Positions 20,158 to 31,387 of a DNA stretch of 64,000 nt are shown here, piece by piece. The stretch's first letter is position 1; each line of letters starts with the position of its first letter. The position numbers were made by a program, and so were the translations under genes. Under the pieces are notes generated by a model that saw nothing but the letters and a program-made list of their open reading frames with translations, was not told where the DNA came from and did not search any database. This DNA is from Lachnospiraceae bacterium. GTDB lineage: Bacteria > Bacillota > Clostridia > Lachnospirales > Lachnospiraceae. The stretch covers positions 3,161 to 67,160 of the forward strand of contig JAQXGF010000115.1 of NCBI GenBank assembly GCA_029006155.1. Reading direction: 5' to 3'.

Positions 20158-20627
20158 TGGCGCAGACACTTCGCAGAGGCATCAAACTTTCCGGGACATT
20201 GCTCTTTGGCGCGTATGTTGCGGCACTCATCTATTGCCTGTTCTTCGCAGAGGGCTATGGACGGGTTGACGGCGTGTACGACTACAACATACGTCCGTTC
20301 CGGGAGATCTGGCGCTATCTGCGCTACTGGAAAATTCTCGGCATCCGCACGGTCATCGTGAATCTGGGTGGAAATATTCTCGGCTTTGTCCCGTTCGGGG
20401 CGCTGCTGCCGCTCATGGTGCGCGATACGCGGAAAGCATGGAAAGTCGGACTGCTCGGACTGGAGATCAGTGCGCTCGTCGAGTTTTCTCAGCTGATTTT
20501 CCGGGTCGGCTGCTTTGATGTGGACGATATGATCTTAAACACCCTCGGCGCGCTGGCAGGATACGGCTGCTTCTATCTCTCGCGGAAGTGGTTTTTTCAC
20601 CGGTTCCCGGAGGAGGAAATGCGATGA
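20157..20627 (+). CDS. VanZ family membrane protein
   Basis: YNIRPFREI, GNILGFVPFG, EFSQL...GCFDVDDMILNTLG. Confidence 0.9.
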   Translation: MAQTLRRGIKLSGTLLFGAYVAALIYCLFFAEGYGRVDGVYDYNIRPFREIWRYLRYWKILGIRTVIVNLGGNILGFVPFGALLPLMVRDTRKAWKVGLLGLEISALVEFSQLIFRVGCFDVDDMILNTLGALAGYGCFYLSRKWFFHRFPEEEMR

Positions 20628-20636
20628 AGTTACAGA

Positions 20637-20969
20637 ATGGAGAATGATATGGCAAAAAGACAGGTGTATTCCTTTGAGGAAAAGAAATATTCCGCAAATC
20701 AGATCGCCTCGGCGATCCTCGGTGTGCTCTCGGTACTCGTGCTGGCGGGGCTGCTCGGGATTTCTTTTTTGATGAAAGGAATGGCAAACACATGGATTGG
20801 CGCGGCGGGCTTTACCGGGATCGTGATGGCGGTCTGCGGACTGTGGTATGGATTTGCAGGATTTAAGGACGATTCCAAATCATACTTCTGCAGCAAGTGC
20901 GGGACGATCCTGAGCACCGTGGCGATCGCGGGCTGGTTCTTTATCGTATGCCTCGGACTGGCGGGGTGA
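20637..20969 (+). CDS. Small three-TM hypothetical membrane protein
   Basis: Hydrophobic ORF in operon context. Confidence 0.7.
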   Translation: MENDMAKRQVYSFEEKKYSANQIASAILGVLSVLVLAGLLGISFLMKGMANTWIGAAGFTGIVMAVCGLWYGFAGFKDDSKSYFCSKCGTILSTVAIAGWFFIVCLGLAG

Positions 20970-21012
20970 CATGTGGAACTGGTGATACAAATAATTTAGG
21001 GCAGGTGAAAAC

Positions 21013-23088
21013 ATGGAACAGACAAATCAGAACGATACGTATTTACAGGAGCGGTACAGTCTCGCGATGGAACGGATCGAAGGGATCCTCAAAGAAGAGA
21101 CGGTTTCCGCCCCTTTTTGTATTTATTTTCAGACGGTGGCGCAGTTTTTACTTGAGACGAAGGCGCTGAGGGAAAAGCTGGCACCGGAAAAGGCAGACGC
21201 CTATACGTTGGAGGAGTGGCAGCAGATCAACCATGACATGTATGCGGACATTCTTCCAGATCACTATGACCGGAGCTTTGGCAATCCGGAGTATGCGGTG
21301 GAGACGCTCGGTGAGGTGTTTGGAAAGCTTTTGAGCTTTCTTTACACGGAGCTGCGTGCACTGCTGATCTATGTCTATGAAGACCGGCTGGAAGAGATCG
21401 TCGTATGCCTGGAGCTCTTTATCGAGGTGTACAACTGCTTCGAGCGCACATCGCTTCCGGAATACCGGGAGATCCAGCAGGCTATTTACTGGTTCTTAAG
21501 TGACTACAGCGAGCTCTTTGTGGCGCGCCGGATCCGGGAAGCGATCGATCCGGAGCTGGATTTTGCGACCAGGATTGTGATGGAGTCCGATCTGACCGAT
21601 CTGCGCTACCTCTACCGCTATGGTGAGTACGTATCGGAAAATGAATTAAAGACGGCAGCATTTTTAAATACACTTTCCGAAGAAGAGATCGCAGCGATGG
21701 CAGATACGTACACGGAGGGCTACCGGATCGGTTTTGTGCTCGGCGGAAAGGATCTCTCGATCAAGCGCACGGTCAATATCCGCTATCAGCTCGGATTTGA
21801 GCGGATGATCCGCAAAGCGATCGAGAATTTTGCCAAGATGGGACTGAAGCCGGTCATCTACCGTGCGGCGGTCAGCACTTTAAATAAGCGTCAGACACTG
21901 CGCATCGGCTATACCGGAGCCGTGCCGAACAAGCAGTTTGAGTACGACCACCGCGCAGACAGTGCTGTATATCTGGATAAGAAATTTGCGGAGCGCAAGC
22001 TCGGCGTCATGCGGACCTCCTATGAAAAATGGAAGCAGCTCGCGGCCTGGCATGCAGGCCCGGCAGTCGTGGAGACTTTCGGGGAGACACCGTTTGTACC
22101 GAAGAATAACCCGTACAGCTACCAGCTCTCCGAGAAGCAGCAGAAGCTGCAGGTGTCCGTCAGCAACGAGACGGCGCAGATCACGAACCAGTATATCATA
22201 GGGAAGGAGCGGAGTTTTACGATCATCGCTTTCCCGGTACCGGAGATCGGAGCAAAGTTTGAAGAAATTTTCCGGGAGACGGTCAAAATCAATACGTTAG
22301 ACTATGTCTTTTACCGGGATATGCAGCAGAAGCTGATCGATGTATTGGATCAGGGGACATCCGTGCACATCCAGGGCGCGCATGGAAACGAGACCGATCT
22401 GACGGTGGCACTGCATCCGCTTACCGATCCGAAGAAGGAGACACTGTTTGAAAACTGTGTGGCAGATGTCAACATTCCGGTCGGCGAGGTCTTTACCTCC
22501 CCGCAGCTTGCCGGGACCAACGGTCTGCTCCACGTTTCGCAGGTATACTTGAACGAACTGAAATATGTGGAGCTGAAGGTGTGGTTCAAAGACGGGAAGA
22601 TTGTGGACTGGAGCTGCAGCAATTTTGCAGACGATGAGGAGAACCGCAAGTATTTTTATGAAAATGTCATGTACAGCCACGAGACACTTCCGCTCGGCGA
22701 ATTTGCGATCGGGACGAATACGACGGCCTATGCGATGGCACAGAAGTATCAGATCGCAGACAAGCTTCCGATCCTGATTGCAGAAAAGATGGGACCGCAT
22801 TTTGCTGTGGGCGATACGTGCTACAGCTGGGAAGAGGATTCGCCGGTCTACAATCCGGACGGGAAAGAGATCATCGCAAGAGACAATGAGGTCTCCATTT
22901 TGCGCAAAGAAGACCCGTCAAAGGCATACTTTGGCTGTCATACGGACATCACGATCCCGTATGAGGAGCTTGGCAGCATTGAAGTCATCCGGGCAGATGG
23001 CAGCCGGATTCCGGTCATTTCGGGTGGAAGATTCGTCGTTCCGGGGACGGAAGCGCTCAATGAAGCATTGGATGAAACAGGAAAATAA
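21013..23088 (+). CDS. M29-like (thermophilic metalloprotease) aminopeptidase with a long N-terminal region
   Basis: NIPVGEVFTSP, GEFAIG, EKMGPHFAVG, HTD motifs. Confidence 0.8.
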   Translation: MEQTNQNDTYLQERYSLAMERIEGILKEETVSAPFCIYFQTVAQFLLETKALREKLAPEKADAYTLEEWQQINHDMYADILPDHYDRSFGNPEYAVETLGEVFGKLLSFLYTELRALLIYVYEDRLEEIVVCLELFIEVYNCFERTSLPEYREIQQAIYWFLSDYSELFVARRIREAIDPELDFATRIVMESDLTDLRYLYRYGEYVSENELKTAAFLNTLSEEEIAAMADTYTEGYRIGFVLGGKDLSIKRTVNIRYQLGFERMIRKAIENFAKMGLKPVIYRAAVSTLNKRQTLRIGYTGAVPNKQFEYDHRADSAVYLDKKFAERKLGVMRTSYEKWKQLAAWHAGPAVVETFGETPFVPKNNPYSYQLSEKQQKLQVSVSNETAQITNQYIIGKERSFTIIAFPVPEIGAKFEEIFRETVKINTLDYVFYRDMQQKLIDVLDQGTSVHIQGAHGNETDLTVALHPLTDPKKETLFENCVADVNIPVGEVFTSPQLAGTNGLLHVSQVYLNELKYVELKVWFKDGKIVDWSCSNFADDEENRKYFYENVMYSHETLPLGEFAIGTNTTAYAMAQKYQIADKLPILIAEKMGPHFAVGDTCYSWEEDSPVYNPDGKEIIARDNEVSILRKEDPSKAYFGCHTDITIPYEELGSIEVIRADGSRIPVISGGRFVVPGTEALNEALDETGK

Positions 23089-23101
23089 TTCTCAGGAAGC
23101 A

Positions 23102-23130
23102 TTGACAAGGGGAATCAGAGTTAGTAGAAT
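23102..23130 (+). promoter_or_regulatory. pur operon promoter
   Basis: TTGACA-17 nt-TAGAAT. Confidence 0.7.
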
Positions 23131-23199
23131 GAGTTCGGTTTCACCGGGCAAAAGCCCGGAGAACAGGGAATAAAAACAACAGAAAAAGGAGAAAGTACG

Positions 23200-23700
23200 A
23201 TGGCAAAAGTAGGAATTGTGATGGGCAGTGACTCGGATATGCCGGTGATGCGCAAGGCCGCAGACATGCTGGAAAAGTTCGGGATCGAGTATGAGATGAC
23301 AATTATTTCCGCACACCGGGAGCCGGATGTATTCTTTGAATATGCGAAGACCGCAGAATCGAAAGGCTTCAAGGTCATTATCGCAGGAGCCGGGATGGCG
23401 GCACACCTTCCGGGCATGTGCGCGGCGATTTTCCCGATGCCGGTGATCGGTATTCCGATGCATACGACTTCACTTGGAGGAAGAGATTCCCTCTACTCCA
23501 TCGTACAGATGCCGACCGGCATCCCGGTAGCGACCGTCGCGATCAATGGCGGCGCGAATGCGGGTATCCTTGCGGCGAAAATTCTGGCGACGTCTGATCC
23601 AAAGCTGCTGGAAAAGGTGAAGGCTTACGCACAGGAGCTGAAGGAGCAGGTGGAGCAGAAGGACGCAAGATTACAGGAAGTCGGATACAAGGCTTATTAA
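23200..23700 (+). CDS. purE: N5-CAIR mutase
   Basis: [29 protein letters not shown]. Confidence 0.97.
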   Translation: MAKVGIVMGSDSDMPVMRKAADMLEKFGIEYEMTIISAHREPDVFFEYAKTAESKGFKVIIAGAGMAAHLPGMCAAIFPMPVIGIPMHTTSLGGRDSLYSIVQMPTGIPVATVAINGGANAGILAAKILATSDPKLLEKVKAYAQELKEQVEQKDARLQEVGYKAY

Positions 23701-23710
23701 GGAGGAGAAA

Positions 23711-24736
23711 ATGGATTACAAAAAGGCAGGAGTGGACATTGAAGCTGGTTACCGGTCTGTGGAGCTCATGAAGGAGCATGTAAAACGGACGATGCGTGAG
23801 GAAGTGCTCGGTGGACTCGGAGGCTTTTCGGGTGCATTCTCTCTGGCGAAGATCAAGGAGATGGAGGAGCCGGTGCTCCTTTCCGGTACGGACGGCTGCG
23901 GCACAAAGGTGAAGCTGGCATTCCTTCTGGATAAGCATGATACGATCGGCATTGATGCCGTGGCGATGTGTGTGAACGACATTGCCTGTGCAGGCGGCGA
24001 GCCGCTGTTTTTCCTCGACTATATCGCATGTGGCAAAAACTATCCGGAGAAGATCGCGGCGATCGTCGGCGGTGTGGCAGAGGGCTGCGTTCAGTCAGAC
24101 TGTGCACTGATTGGCGGCGAGACGGCGGAGCATCCGGGACTGATGCCGGAGGATGAGTATGATCTGGCCGGTTTCGCAGTCGGCGTGGTCGATAAGAAGG
24201 ATCTGATTACCGGATCTTCCATCCAGGCAGGTGATGCCCTGATCGGTATCGCATCGACCGGTGTACACAGCAACGGATTTTCTCTGGTACGCAAAGTATT
24301 CCAGATGGAGCGAGAGGTGCTCGATACTTATCATGAGGAGCTTGGAAAGACGCTTGGAGAGGCACTGCTTGCCCCGACCCGCATTTATGTAAAGGCACTG
24401 CGCAGTGTAAAAGAAGCGGGCGTGCGCATCAAGGGCTGCAGCCATATCACCGGCGGCGGATTTTACGAAAATATCCCGCGGATGCTTCCGGATGGCGTGA
24501 AGGCAGTCGTGAAGAAAGACAGCTATGAGGTGCCGGCGATTTTCAAGATGCTCGCAAAGGAAGGCGCCATCGAGGAGCAGATGATGTACAATACGTTCAA
24601 TATGGGTATCGGTATGGTGCTGGCGGTCGATCCGGCAGACGTGGATGCGACGATCGCAGCGCTGGCAAAGACCGGCGATTCCGCATGGCTGATCGGTGAA
24701 GTGGCAGACGGCGAAAAGGGAGTCGAGTTATGTTAA
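23711..24736 (+). CDS. purM: AIR synthetase
   Basis: [42 protein letters not shown]. Confidence 0.97.
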   Translation: MDYKKAGVDIEAGYRSVELMKEHVKRTMREEVLGGLGGFSGAFSLAKIKEMEEPVLLSGTDGCGTKVKLAFLLDKHDTIGIDAVAMCVNDIACAGGEPLFFLDYIACGKNYPEKIAAIVGGVAEGCVQSDCALIGGETAEHPGLMPEDEYDLAGFAVGVVDKKDLITGSSIQAGDALIGIASTGVHSNGFSLVRKVFQMEREVLDTYHEELGKTLGEALLAPTRIYVKALRSVKEAGVRIKGCSHITGGGFYENIPRMLPDGVKAVVKKDSYEVPAIFKMLAKEGAIEEQMMYNTFNMGIGMVLAVDPADVDATIAALAKTGDSAWLIGEVADGEKGVELC

Positions 24737-25371
24737 GGCTGGCGGTGCTCGTATCCGGCGGCGGGACGAACCTGCAGGCGATTCTGGATGCGATCAAAGA
24801 TGGCACGATCACAAACGCAGAGGTGGTAAAGGTCATCAGCAACAGCCGGAAGGCATATGCGCTGGAGCGTGCAGCTGCCGCCGGGATTCCGACGGCCTGT
24901 GTGACGCGCAAAGATTATCCGGTGCCGGAGGACTTTGATGCGGCGCTGCTCCATGAGCTGCAGGAGGCACAGGCCGATCTGGTCGTGCTGGCTGGCTGCC
25001 TCGTCGTGATTTCTCAGAAGATTGTGGATGCCTACCCGAACCGGATTATCAACATTCATCCGGCGCTGATCCCGTCTTTTTGCGGGACAGGCTACTATGG
25101 GCTTGGCGTGCATGAGGCGGCGCTGGCGCGCGGTGTGCGTGTGACCGGTGCGACGGTACATTTTGTAGATGGCGGCACCGATACCGGCCCGATCCTTTTG
25201 CAGAAGGCGGTCGAGGTGAAGCAGGGCGATACCGCAAAGGAGCTGCAGCTGCGTGTGATGCAGGAAGCCGAGTGGGTGATTCTGCCAAAGGCGATCGATC
25301 TGATTGCAAATGGAAGAGTGACCGTGGAAGATGGAAACGTGAAGATTGCGGGAAAGGCGGACGTGAGATGA
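24730..25371 (+). CDS. purN: Phosphoribosylglycinamide formyltransferase
   Basis: [28 protein letters not shown]. Confidence 0.97.
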   Translation: MLRLAVLVSGGGTNLQAILDAIKDGTITNAEVVKVISNSRKAYALERAAAAGIPTACVTRKDYPVPEDFDAALLHELQEAQADLVVLAGCLVVISQKIVDAYPNRIINIHPALIPSFCGTGYYGLGVHEAALARGVRVTGATVHFVDGGTDTGPILLQKAVEVKQGDTAKELQLRVMQEAEWVILPKAIDLIANGRVTVEDGNVKIAGKADVR

Positions 25372-26639
25372 AAATTTTGATTGTGGGAAGCGGCGGAAGA
25401 GAGCATGCGATCGCATGGAAGATCGCGCAGTCGCCGAAGGTAGAGAAGATTTACTGCGCACCGGGCAATGCAGGAATTGCCGAGTATGCGGAGTGTGTGG
25501 ATATCAAGGCAATGGAATTTGACCGGCTGGCTGCTTTTGCAAAGGAGCATGGCGTAGATCTGACCGTCGTAGGCATGGATGATCCGCTCGTCGGTGGTAT
25601 CGTAGATGTCTTTGAGGCACAGGGACTCCGGGTGTTCGGACCGCGTAAAAATGCGGCGATCCTCGAGGGATCCAAGGCATTTTCCAAAGATCTGATGAAG
25701 AAATATCACATCCCGACGGCTGCATATGAGAACTTTGACAATGCTAAAGAGGCGCTGGCCTATCTGGAGACGGCGAAGTTCCCGATCGTATTAAAGGCGG
25801 ACGGACTCGCGCTCGGAAAAGGCGTGCTGATCTGCAATACGCTTGCGGAGGCACAGGACGGCGTCCGCGAGATCATGACCGACAAAAAGTTCGGCCAGGC
25901 GGGCAACCGGATGGTCATCGAGGAATTTATGACCGGGCGGGAAGTGTCCGTGCTCACGTTTGTGGACGGGAAGACGATCCGGATCATGACGTCCGCGCAG
26001 GATCACAAGCGTGCCGGCGACGGAGATACCGGGCTGAATACCGGCGGCATGGGGACCTTTTCCCCGAGCCCGTTTTACAAAAAAGAGATCGATGCATGGT
26101 GCATGGAGCATATTTACCAGCCGACCGTCGATGCAATGCGTGCGGAAGGCCGGGAGTTCAAGGGCATCATTTTCTTTGGACTGATGCTGACGGCGGACGG
26201 CCCGAAGGTGCTTGAGTACAATGCGCGGTTCGGAGATCCGGAGACGCAGGTCGTGCTGCCGCGGATGAAGACCGACATCGTGGATGTGTTTAATGCCTGC
26301 GTGGATGGCACGCTGGATCAGATCGAGCTGGAGTTCGAGGACAATGCGGCCGTCTGTGTCGTACTGGCTTCGGATGGATATCCGGTCAGCTACAAGAAGG
26401 GCTATGTGATCCATGGCCTGGAGCACTTCCGGGATAAGGACGGCTATTATGTCTTCCATGCGGGGACTGCTGCGTCGCCGAATGGCATTGTGACGAATGG
26501 CGGCCGTGTGCTCGGTGTGACGGCAAAGGGTGCTACTTTGAAGGAAGCGCGCGCCAATGCCTACGAGGCGGTCAAGTGGATTGATTTTGAAAATAAGTAT
26601 TTCCGGCATGATATCGGAAAGGCAATTGACGAAGCATAG
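25368..26639 (+). CDS. purD: Phosphoribosylamine--glycine ligase
   Basis: GSGGREHA, APGNAG, QDHKR, NTGGMG, EYNARFGDPE. Confidence 0.97.
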   Translation: MKILIVGSGGREHAIAWKIAQSPKVEKIYCAPGNAGIAEYAECVDIKAMEFDRLAAFAKEHGVDLTVVGMDDPLVGGIVDVFEAQGLRVFGPRKNAAILEGSKAFSKDLMKKYHIPTAAYENFDNAKEALAYLETAKFPIVLKADGLALGKGVLICNTLAEAQDGVREIMTDKKFGQAGNRMVIEEFMTGREVSVLTFVDGKTIRIMTSAQDHKRAGDGDTGLNTGGMGTFSPSPFYKKEIDAWCMEHIYQPTVDAMRAEGREFKGIIFFGLMLTADGPKVLEYNARFGDPETQVVLPRMKTDIVDVFNACVDGTLDQIELEFEDNAAVCVVLASDGYPVSYKKGYVIHGLEHFRDKDGYYVFHAGTAASPNGIVTNGGRVLGVTAKGATLKEARANAYEAVKWIDFENKYFRHDIGKAIDEA

Positions 26640-26653
26640 GAGAGTAAGTAAGA

Positions 26654-27784
26654 ATGAAAGGCAGAAAAACAGTATGGAAATCCGTCCTTCTGACGGTGAT
26701 GCTGCTGGCATGGATGTGCCTGGCAGTACCGGCACTGGCAGAGGAGGCATCCGGGGATAATTCGTTATCCTCGCTCGGGATCACGACGGAGGGCGTGACC
26801 GTGTCACCGGATTTTTATTACAGTACGATTGAGTATCAGGTGACGGTGCCAAACGGGACTTCCCGGCTGGAGCTGGATCCGGTGACATCCAATTCCGGGG
26901 CATCGATCCTCAGTATCGACGGGCAGGACATCGGAAGCGACGGGACGACGACGGTGGCGATTACCGTGCAGGCGGCCAATGGCAACCAGATCACGTACTA
27001 TCTGTATGTGACGACGGATACGACGACGCAGGCAGCCACACCGGCAGCCGAGACGGAGACCGAGGCTGTGACCGAGGCACAGACGGAGACTGAGCCGGAG
27101 ACGGAAGACCCGCGCTATGTAAAGGTGGACCGGAATGCACTGGAGGAAGCGGAAAAGACGATCTCTACCTTGAAGACAGAGACCGGCAATTACCGGGACC
27201 GTGTGACACTTTTGACGAGAATTCTCTATGGAATGATCGCACTATGTGTGATCCTGCTCTTTGCAGTGATCAATCTGGTGCTCAAGAAGAAGGATCTGAA
27301 GGCAGAGCTGCAGAATTACATGGGCTATGGCTATGATCCGGGCGCAGGTGAGGCAGATGGCGGATCTGCGCAGCAGGACTATGACAATGGCGCGTATGCC
27401 CAGCAGGGCTATGACAACGGCTATGATGCACCGCAGCAGAGCTATGACAATGGCTATGACGCACCGCAGAACTACGACGATGGCGCATATGCACAGCCAC
27501 ATAATGAGCCGCAGGCGTATGCCGGGGACGGCTACCCGGATGCACAGGCTGATTTTGCAGATCCGTTCGGACAGCCGCAGCCGCTCTCGAAAAAAGAGCA
27601 GAAGAAGCTGAAAAAGGAACAGGCAGCGATGGCAGACGATCCGGCGACCGTGCCGAAGCCATCCAGGGCGAAGAAGAAGGCAAAACAGATGCCGGAGTAT
27701 CAGGCTCCGCAGCCGCAGCACCAGTATGAGCCGCCGAAGGAAAAGACGTCTGAGGATGTAAAAGTCAATATGATCGATCTGTAA
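26654..27784 (+). CDS. Single-pass surface protein: signal peptide, cadherin-like beta-sandwich, ET-rich linker, TM, Tyr-rich cytoplasmic repeats
   Basis: DNSLSSL...F....EY.VTV...V.A.NG..Y pattern; TM ILYGMIALCVILLFAVINLVL; QQxYDNG repeats. Confidence 0.7.
   Translation: MKGRKTVWKSVLLTVMLLAWMCLAVPALAEEASGDNSLSSLGITTEGVTVSPDFYYSTIEYQVTVPNGTSRLELDPVTSNSGASILSIDGQDIGSDGTTTVAITVQAANGNQITYYLYVTTDTTTQAATPAAETETEAVTEAQTETEPETEDPRYVKVDRNALEEAEKTISTLKTETGNYRDRVTLLTRILYGMIALCVILLFAVINLVLKKKDLKAELQNYMGYGYDPGAGEADGGSAQQDYDNGAYAQQGYDNGYDAPQQSYDNGYDAPQNYDDGAYAQPHNEPQAYAGDGYPDAQADFADPFGQPQPLSKKEQKKLKKEQAAMADDPATVPKPSRAKKKAKQMPEYQAPQPQHQYEPPKEKTSEDVKVNMIDL
27371..27495 (+). repeat. Coding tandem repeats (about 30-33 nt; QQxYDNGxxA)
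   Basis: About four imperfect CAGCAGxxCTATGACAAyGGC units. Confidence 0.75.
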
Positions 27785-27932
27785 GAGGATTGCAGCAAGA
27801 TTTTTGTCTGTTCTTGCATCGTGCAGATCGTTTTATAGAGCAGAACCTTATATAGATGAAACGAAACAGGAGCCCGCAGGAGATTCCACAGATGTGTGAA
27901 GTCGCTTGCCGGGCTCTTTGTGGTCTTAGCGG

Positions 27933-27971
27933 TTGACACCGGGAGCGTTCTGTTATATCATTACTATCACA
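27933..27971 (+). promoter_or_regulatory. GntR gene promoter with probable operator
   Basis: TTGACA at 27933; imperfect palindrome TGTTATA-N7-TATCACA (27951-27971). Confidence 0.5.
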
Positions 27972-27985
27972 AGGGAGGAACAGCT

Positions 27986-28366
27986 ATGCTGATAGAGATA
28001 GATTTTCAGAGTGATGAGGCGATTTACATGCAGCTGCGCAATCAGATCGTACTCGGGATTGCGACATCGATGCTGCAGGAGGGGGATACCCTTCCTTCCG
28101 TCCGTCAGCTCGCAGATGACATCGGCATCAATATGCACACCGTAAACAAAGCCTATTCCGTTTTGCGTCAGGAGGGATTCGTGACGATTGACCGCCGCAA
28201 AGGAGCCGTCGTGGCACTCGATGACAATAAGGCACAGGCGATTGTGGAGATGCAGAACCGGCTCCGCGTGCTTCTGGCGAAAGGCATCTGCAAGAATATT
28301 ACCCGCGAGGAAGTACATGCGATGGTAGATGAGTGCTATGATGCGTGGGAGAACGAAGAGGCATAA
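27986..28366 (+). CDS. GntR family (YtrA-like) regulator
   Basis: [23 protein letters not shown]. Confidence 0.93.
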   Translation: MLIEIDFQSDEAIYMQLRNQIVLGIATSMLQEGDTLPSVRQLADDIGINMHTVNKAYSVLRQEGFVTIDRRKGAVVALDDNKAQAIVEMQNRLRVLLAKGICKNITREEVHAMVDECYDAWENEEA

Positions 28367-28404
28367 AGACATCAGCAACAGACAGAGCAACAGGAGGAAC
28401 TTAC

Positions 28405-30873
28405 ATGCAGACAGACTATACACAGAGCGCCCGGAAGGCTCTGAAGCTGGCAGAGCGTGCGGCAAAATCATGCCATCACAGCTATGTCGGCTCAGAGCAT
28501 CTGCTGCTCGGCCTCGTACAGGAGCCGGACGGTACAGCCGGTGTGATTCTGAGAAACCATAAAGTAGAAGCAAAAAAGCTCTCGGAGCTGATCGCGAAGC
28601 TGGTCGCCCCGGATCAGATCGTGCTCTCGGCAGAGGAGGGCTGGTCGCCGCGGGCGCAGGGGATTTTGCGTGACGCGGAGGAGTTGGCACATTTTTTTGA
28701 ACACAAAGAGATCGGAACCGAGCATATCCTGTTTGCGATCCTGCGCGATGTGGAGTGCGTGGCGACGCGCTTGCTGCACACACTCGGCGTGAATTTACAG
28801 AAGCTTTGCACCGATATCGTGGATGTCGCGGGGCTTCCGGAGGATCGCTACCGCGAGCTGATCCGGCAGGCGAAGGCAGGTGCGGAGGAAGGCGTATCCG
28901 GCAATACCCCCACCCTGGATCAGTACAGCCGGGATCTGACCGAGCTCGCAGCCGCCCATAAGCTGGATGTGACGGTCGGAAGAGAGCGCGAGATCGAGCG
29001 GATCATCCAGATCCTGAGCCGCCGCACGAAGAACAATCCGTGCCTGATCGGTGAGCCGGGGGTCGGCAAGACCGCGATCGTCGAGGGACTGGCGCAGCGG
29101 ATCGTAAATGAGGAAGTGCCGGAGCCGATGCGCGGCAAACGTGTCGTGACGCTGGATATGGCGGGCATGGTAGCAGGATCGAAATACCGCGGAGAGTTCG
29201 AGGAGCGGATCAAGCGGATCATTGCAGAGGTAGTCGACTGCGGGGATGTCCTGCTCTTTGTCGATGAGCTTCACACGATCATCGGAGCGGGCGGTGCAGA
29301 GGGCGCCTTAGATGCCTCGAATATCCTGAAGCCGTCCCTGGCCAGAGGAGAGCTGCAGCTCATCGGTGCCACCACACAGGAAGAGTACCGCAAGTACATC
29401 GAGAAGGATCCGGCCTTAGAGCGGCGGTTCCAGCCGGTGCACGTGGAGGAGCCGTCCGAGGAAGAGACACTGGAGATCTTAAAAGGACTTCGTCCCCTTT
29501 ATGAAACGCATCATGGGGTCACGATTTCCGATGAGGCACTGGAGGCGGCTGTGAAGCTCTCTGTGCGCTTCATCAATGACCGGTTCCTGCCGGATAAGGC
29601 GATCGATCTGATCGACGAGGCGAGTGCACGCCATCAGCTCGGCTATTTCCATGCGAGTGCTCCGATCGAGAAGCTGCAGGAGGAATACGAGGAGCTGCTT
29701 GCAGAGCGTGAGACGGCGATCCGCGAGGGCAGGTACGAGGATGCGAAGGCGCTGAACCAGAAAAAAGAAGCGGTCGGGGAAAAGCTGGACCGCCAGAAGA
29801 AGCGGATGCATCAGAAGCAGAACAGCCGGATACAGGCGGTATCGCGGGAAGACATCGAGAACATTGTAGCGATCTGGACGAAGATTCCGGTGCAGCGTCT
29901 GGCGGAGCAGGAGGGAAAACGCCTTCTGACGCTGGATACCGAGCTGCATAAAAGGGTCATCGGGCAGGAGGAGGCCGTGCAGGCTGTGGCAAAGGCTGTC
30001 AAGCGCAGCCGTGCCGGGCTGAAGAATCCGGCCCGTCCGATCGGATCCTTCCTGTTCTTAGGACCGACCGGAGTCGGCAAGACCGAGCTCTCGAAGGCGC
30101 TTGCGGAGACGGTATTCGGGGATGAACAGTCGATGATCCGCGTCGACATGTCGGAGTACATGGAGAAGCACAGTGTCTCCCGTCTGGTCGGTTCCCCGCC
30201 AGGATATGTCGGGTACGAGGAGGGCGGCCAGCTCTCGGAGAAGGTGCGGAGAAATCCGTATTCTGTCATTTTGTTTGACGAGATTGAGAAAGCGCATCCG
30301 GATGTGTTCAACATCCTGTTGCAGGTGCTTGACGAGGGGCACATCACAGACGGCCATGGACGGAAGGTCGATTTCAAAAATACAGTCCTGATCATGACGT
30401 CCAACGCGGGTGCCCAGTCGATCATCGCGCCGAAACACCTTGGCTTTGGTACCGGCAAGGATGAGAAGAAGAATTATGAGGCGATGAAGAGCAGCGTCAT
30501 GCAGGAAGTACGCCGCATTTTCAGACCGGAGTTTCTGAACCGGATCGACGAGACGATCGTGTTCCATGCGCTGACGAAGGATGAGATTTACCAGATCACC
30601 GGGCTTTTGCTCGGAGAGCTGCAAAAGCGGGCAAAGGAGCAGATGGAGATCACGTTAAAGATCAGTTCCGCAGTGAAGAAGCACATTTCCGAGAAAGGAT
30701 TTGACGAGAAATACGGGGCAAGGCCGCTTCGCCGCGCCGTACAGAATCAGGTCGAGGATGCACTGGCGGAGGAGATTCTCTCCGGGCGGGTGCATCGTGG
30801 CGATACCGTGCATGTCGGCCTGAAAAAGGGTAAGATCGTTTTTGGCTCAGAGGCAGAAAAGGCAGCAGATTGA
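28405..30873 (+). CDS. clpC: ATP-dependent Clp protease ATP-binding subunit ClpC
   Basis: Clp N repeats, [24 protein letters not shown]. Confidence 0.95.
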   Translation: MQTDYTQSARKALKLAERAAKSCHHSYVGSEHLLLGLVQEPDGTAGVILRNHKVEAKKLSELIAKLVAPDQIVLSAEEGWSPRAQGILRDAEELAHFFEHKEIGTEHILFAILRDVECVATRLLHTLGVNLQKLCTDIVDVAGLPEDRYRELIRQAKAGAEEGVSGNTPTLDQYSRDLTELAAAHKLDVTVGREREIERIIQILSRRTKNNPCLIGEPGVGKTAIVEGLAQRIVNEEVPEPMRGKRVVTLDMAGMVAGSKYRGEFEERIKRIIAEVVDCGDVLLFVDELHTIIGAGGAEGALDASNILKPSLARGELQLIGATTQEEYRKYIEKDPALERRFQPVHVEEPSEEETLEILKGLRPLYETHHGVTISDEALEAAVKLSVRFINDRFLPDKAIDLIDEASARHQLGYFHASAPIEKLQEEYEELLAERETAIREGRYEDAKALNQKKEAVGEKLDRQKKRMHQKQNSRIQAVSREDIENIVAIWTKIPVQRLAEQEGKRLLTLDTELHKRVIGQEEAVQAVAKAVKRSRAGLKNPARPIGSFLFLGPTGVGKTELSKALAETVFGDEQSMIRVDMSEYMEKHSVSRLVGSPPGYVGYEEGGQLSEKVRRNPYSVILFDEIEKAHPDVFNILLQVLDEGHITDGHGRKVDFKNTVLIMTSNAGAQSIIAPKHLGFGTGKDEKKNYEAMKSSVMQEVRRIFRPEFLNRIDETIVFHALTKDEIYQITGLLLGELQKRAKEQMEITLKISSAVKKHISEKGFDEKYGARPLRRAVQNQVEDALAEEILSGRVHRGDTVHVGLKKGKIVFGSEAEKAAD

Positions 30874-30973
30874 CCAAATAAAAGCTGGAATTTTAGTCAG
30901 AATTATGATAAGATAGCGTCAACCATGGGGGAGACCCCGCGCGAATGAAAAACATACCAGGAGGGCATGAGAC

Positions 30974-31387
30974 ATGTCAGTAATAAAAGATCTTATAAGT
31001 ACAGAAGAAGACGGAACACTCAGCTTCGGCAATTACGAGCTTGCGGAAAAGGCAAAGCGTTCGGACTACGAGCATGAGGGCGATCTGTATAAAGTAAAGA
31101 CCTTCGCAGAGATCACGAAGCTGGAAAAGAACGGAATGTTCGTATATGAGTCCGTTCCGGGTACCGCAGTCCATCATTTCCATTCTACGGCAAATGGTGT
31201 TTCCTTTGAGGTAGAGGGCAAAGAGGATGCGCAGATCATTCTTGGCCTGGAAGAGAATGCGGAGTACAAGATTTACATTGATGATGTCAATGCCGGCACG
31301 ATGACCACACAGTTAGGCGGCAAGCTCGTCCTGAGCGTGGAGATTGGCGCAGTGGACGAGGTTCCGGTAAAGGTTGTGAAATTATAA
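30974..31387 (+). CDS. Conserved hypothetical protein (beta-rich, acidic)
   Basis: RBS GGAGG; typical codon usage; abuts radA. Confidence 0.75.
   Translation: MSVIKDLISTEEDGTLSFGNYELAEKAKRSDYEHEGDLYKVKTFAEITKLEKNGMFVYESVPGTAVHHFHSTANGVSFEVEGKEDAQIILGLEENAEYKIYIDDVNAGTMTTQLGGKLVLSVEIGAVDEVPVKVVKL

Noticed and set aside
23133-23165. PRPP/ykkC-type riboswitch before purE (CCGGGCAAAAGCCCGGAG)
   Set aside because: Resembles only the 3' hairpin; the promoter is immediately upstream and leaves no room for the 5' aptamer
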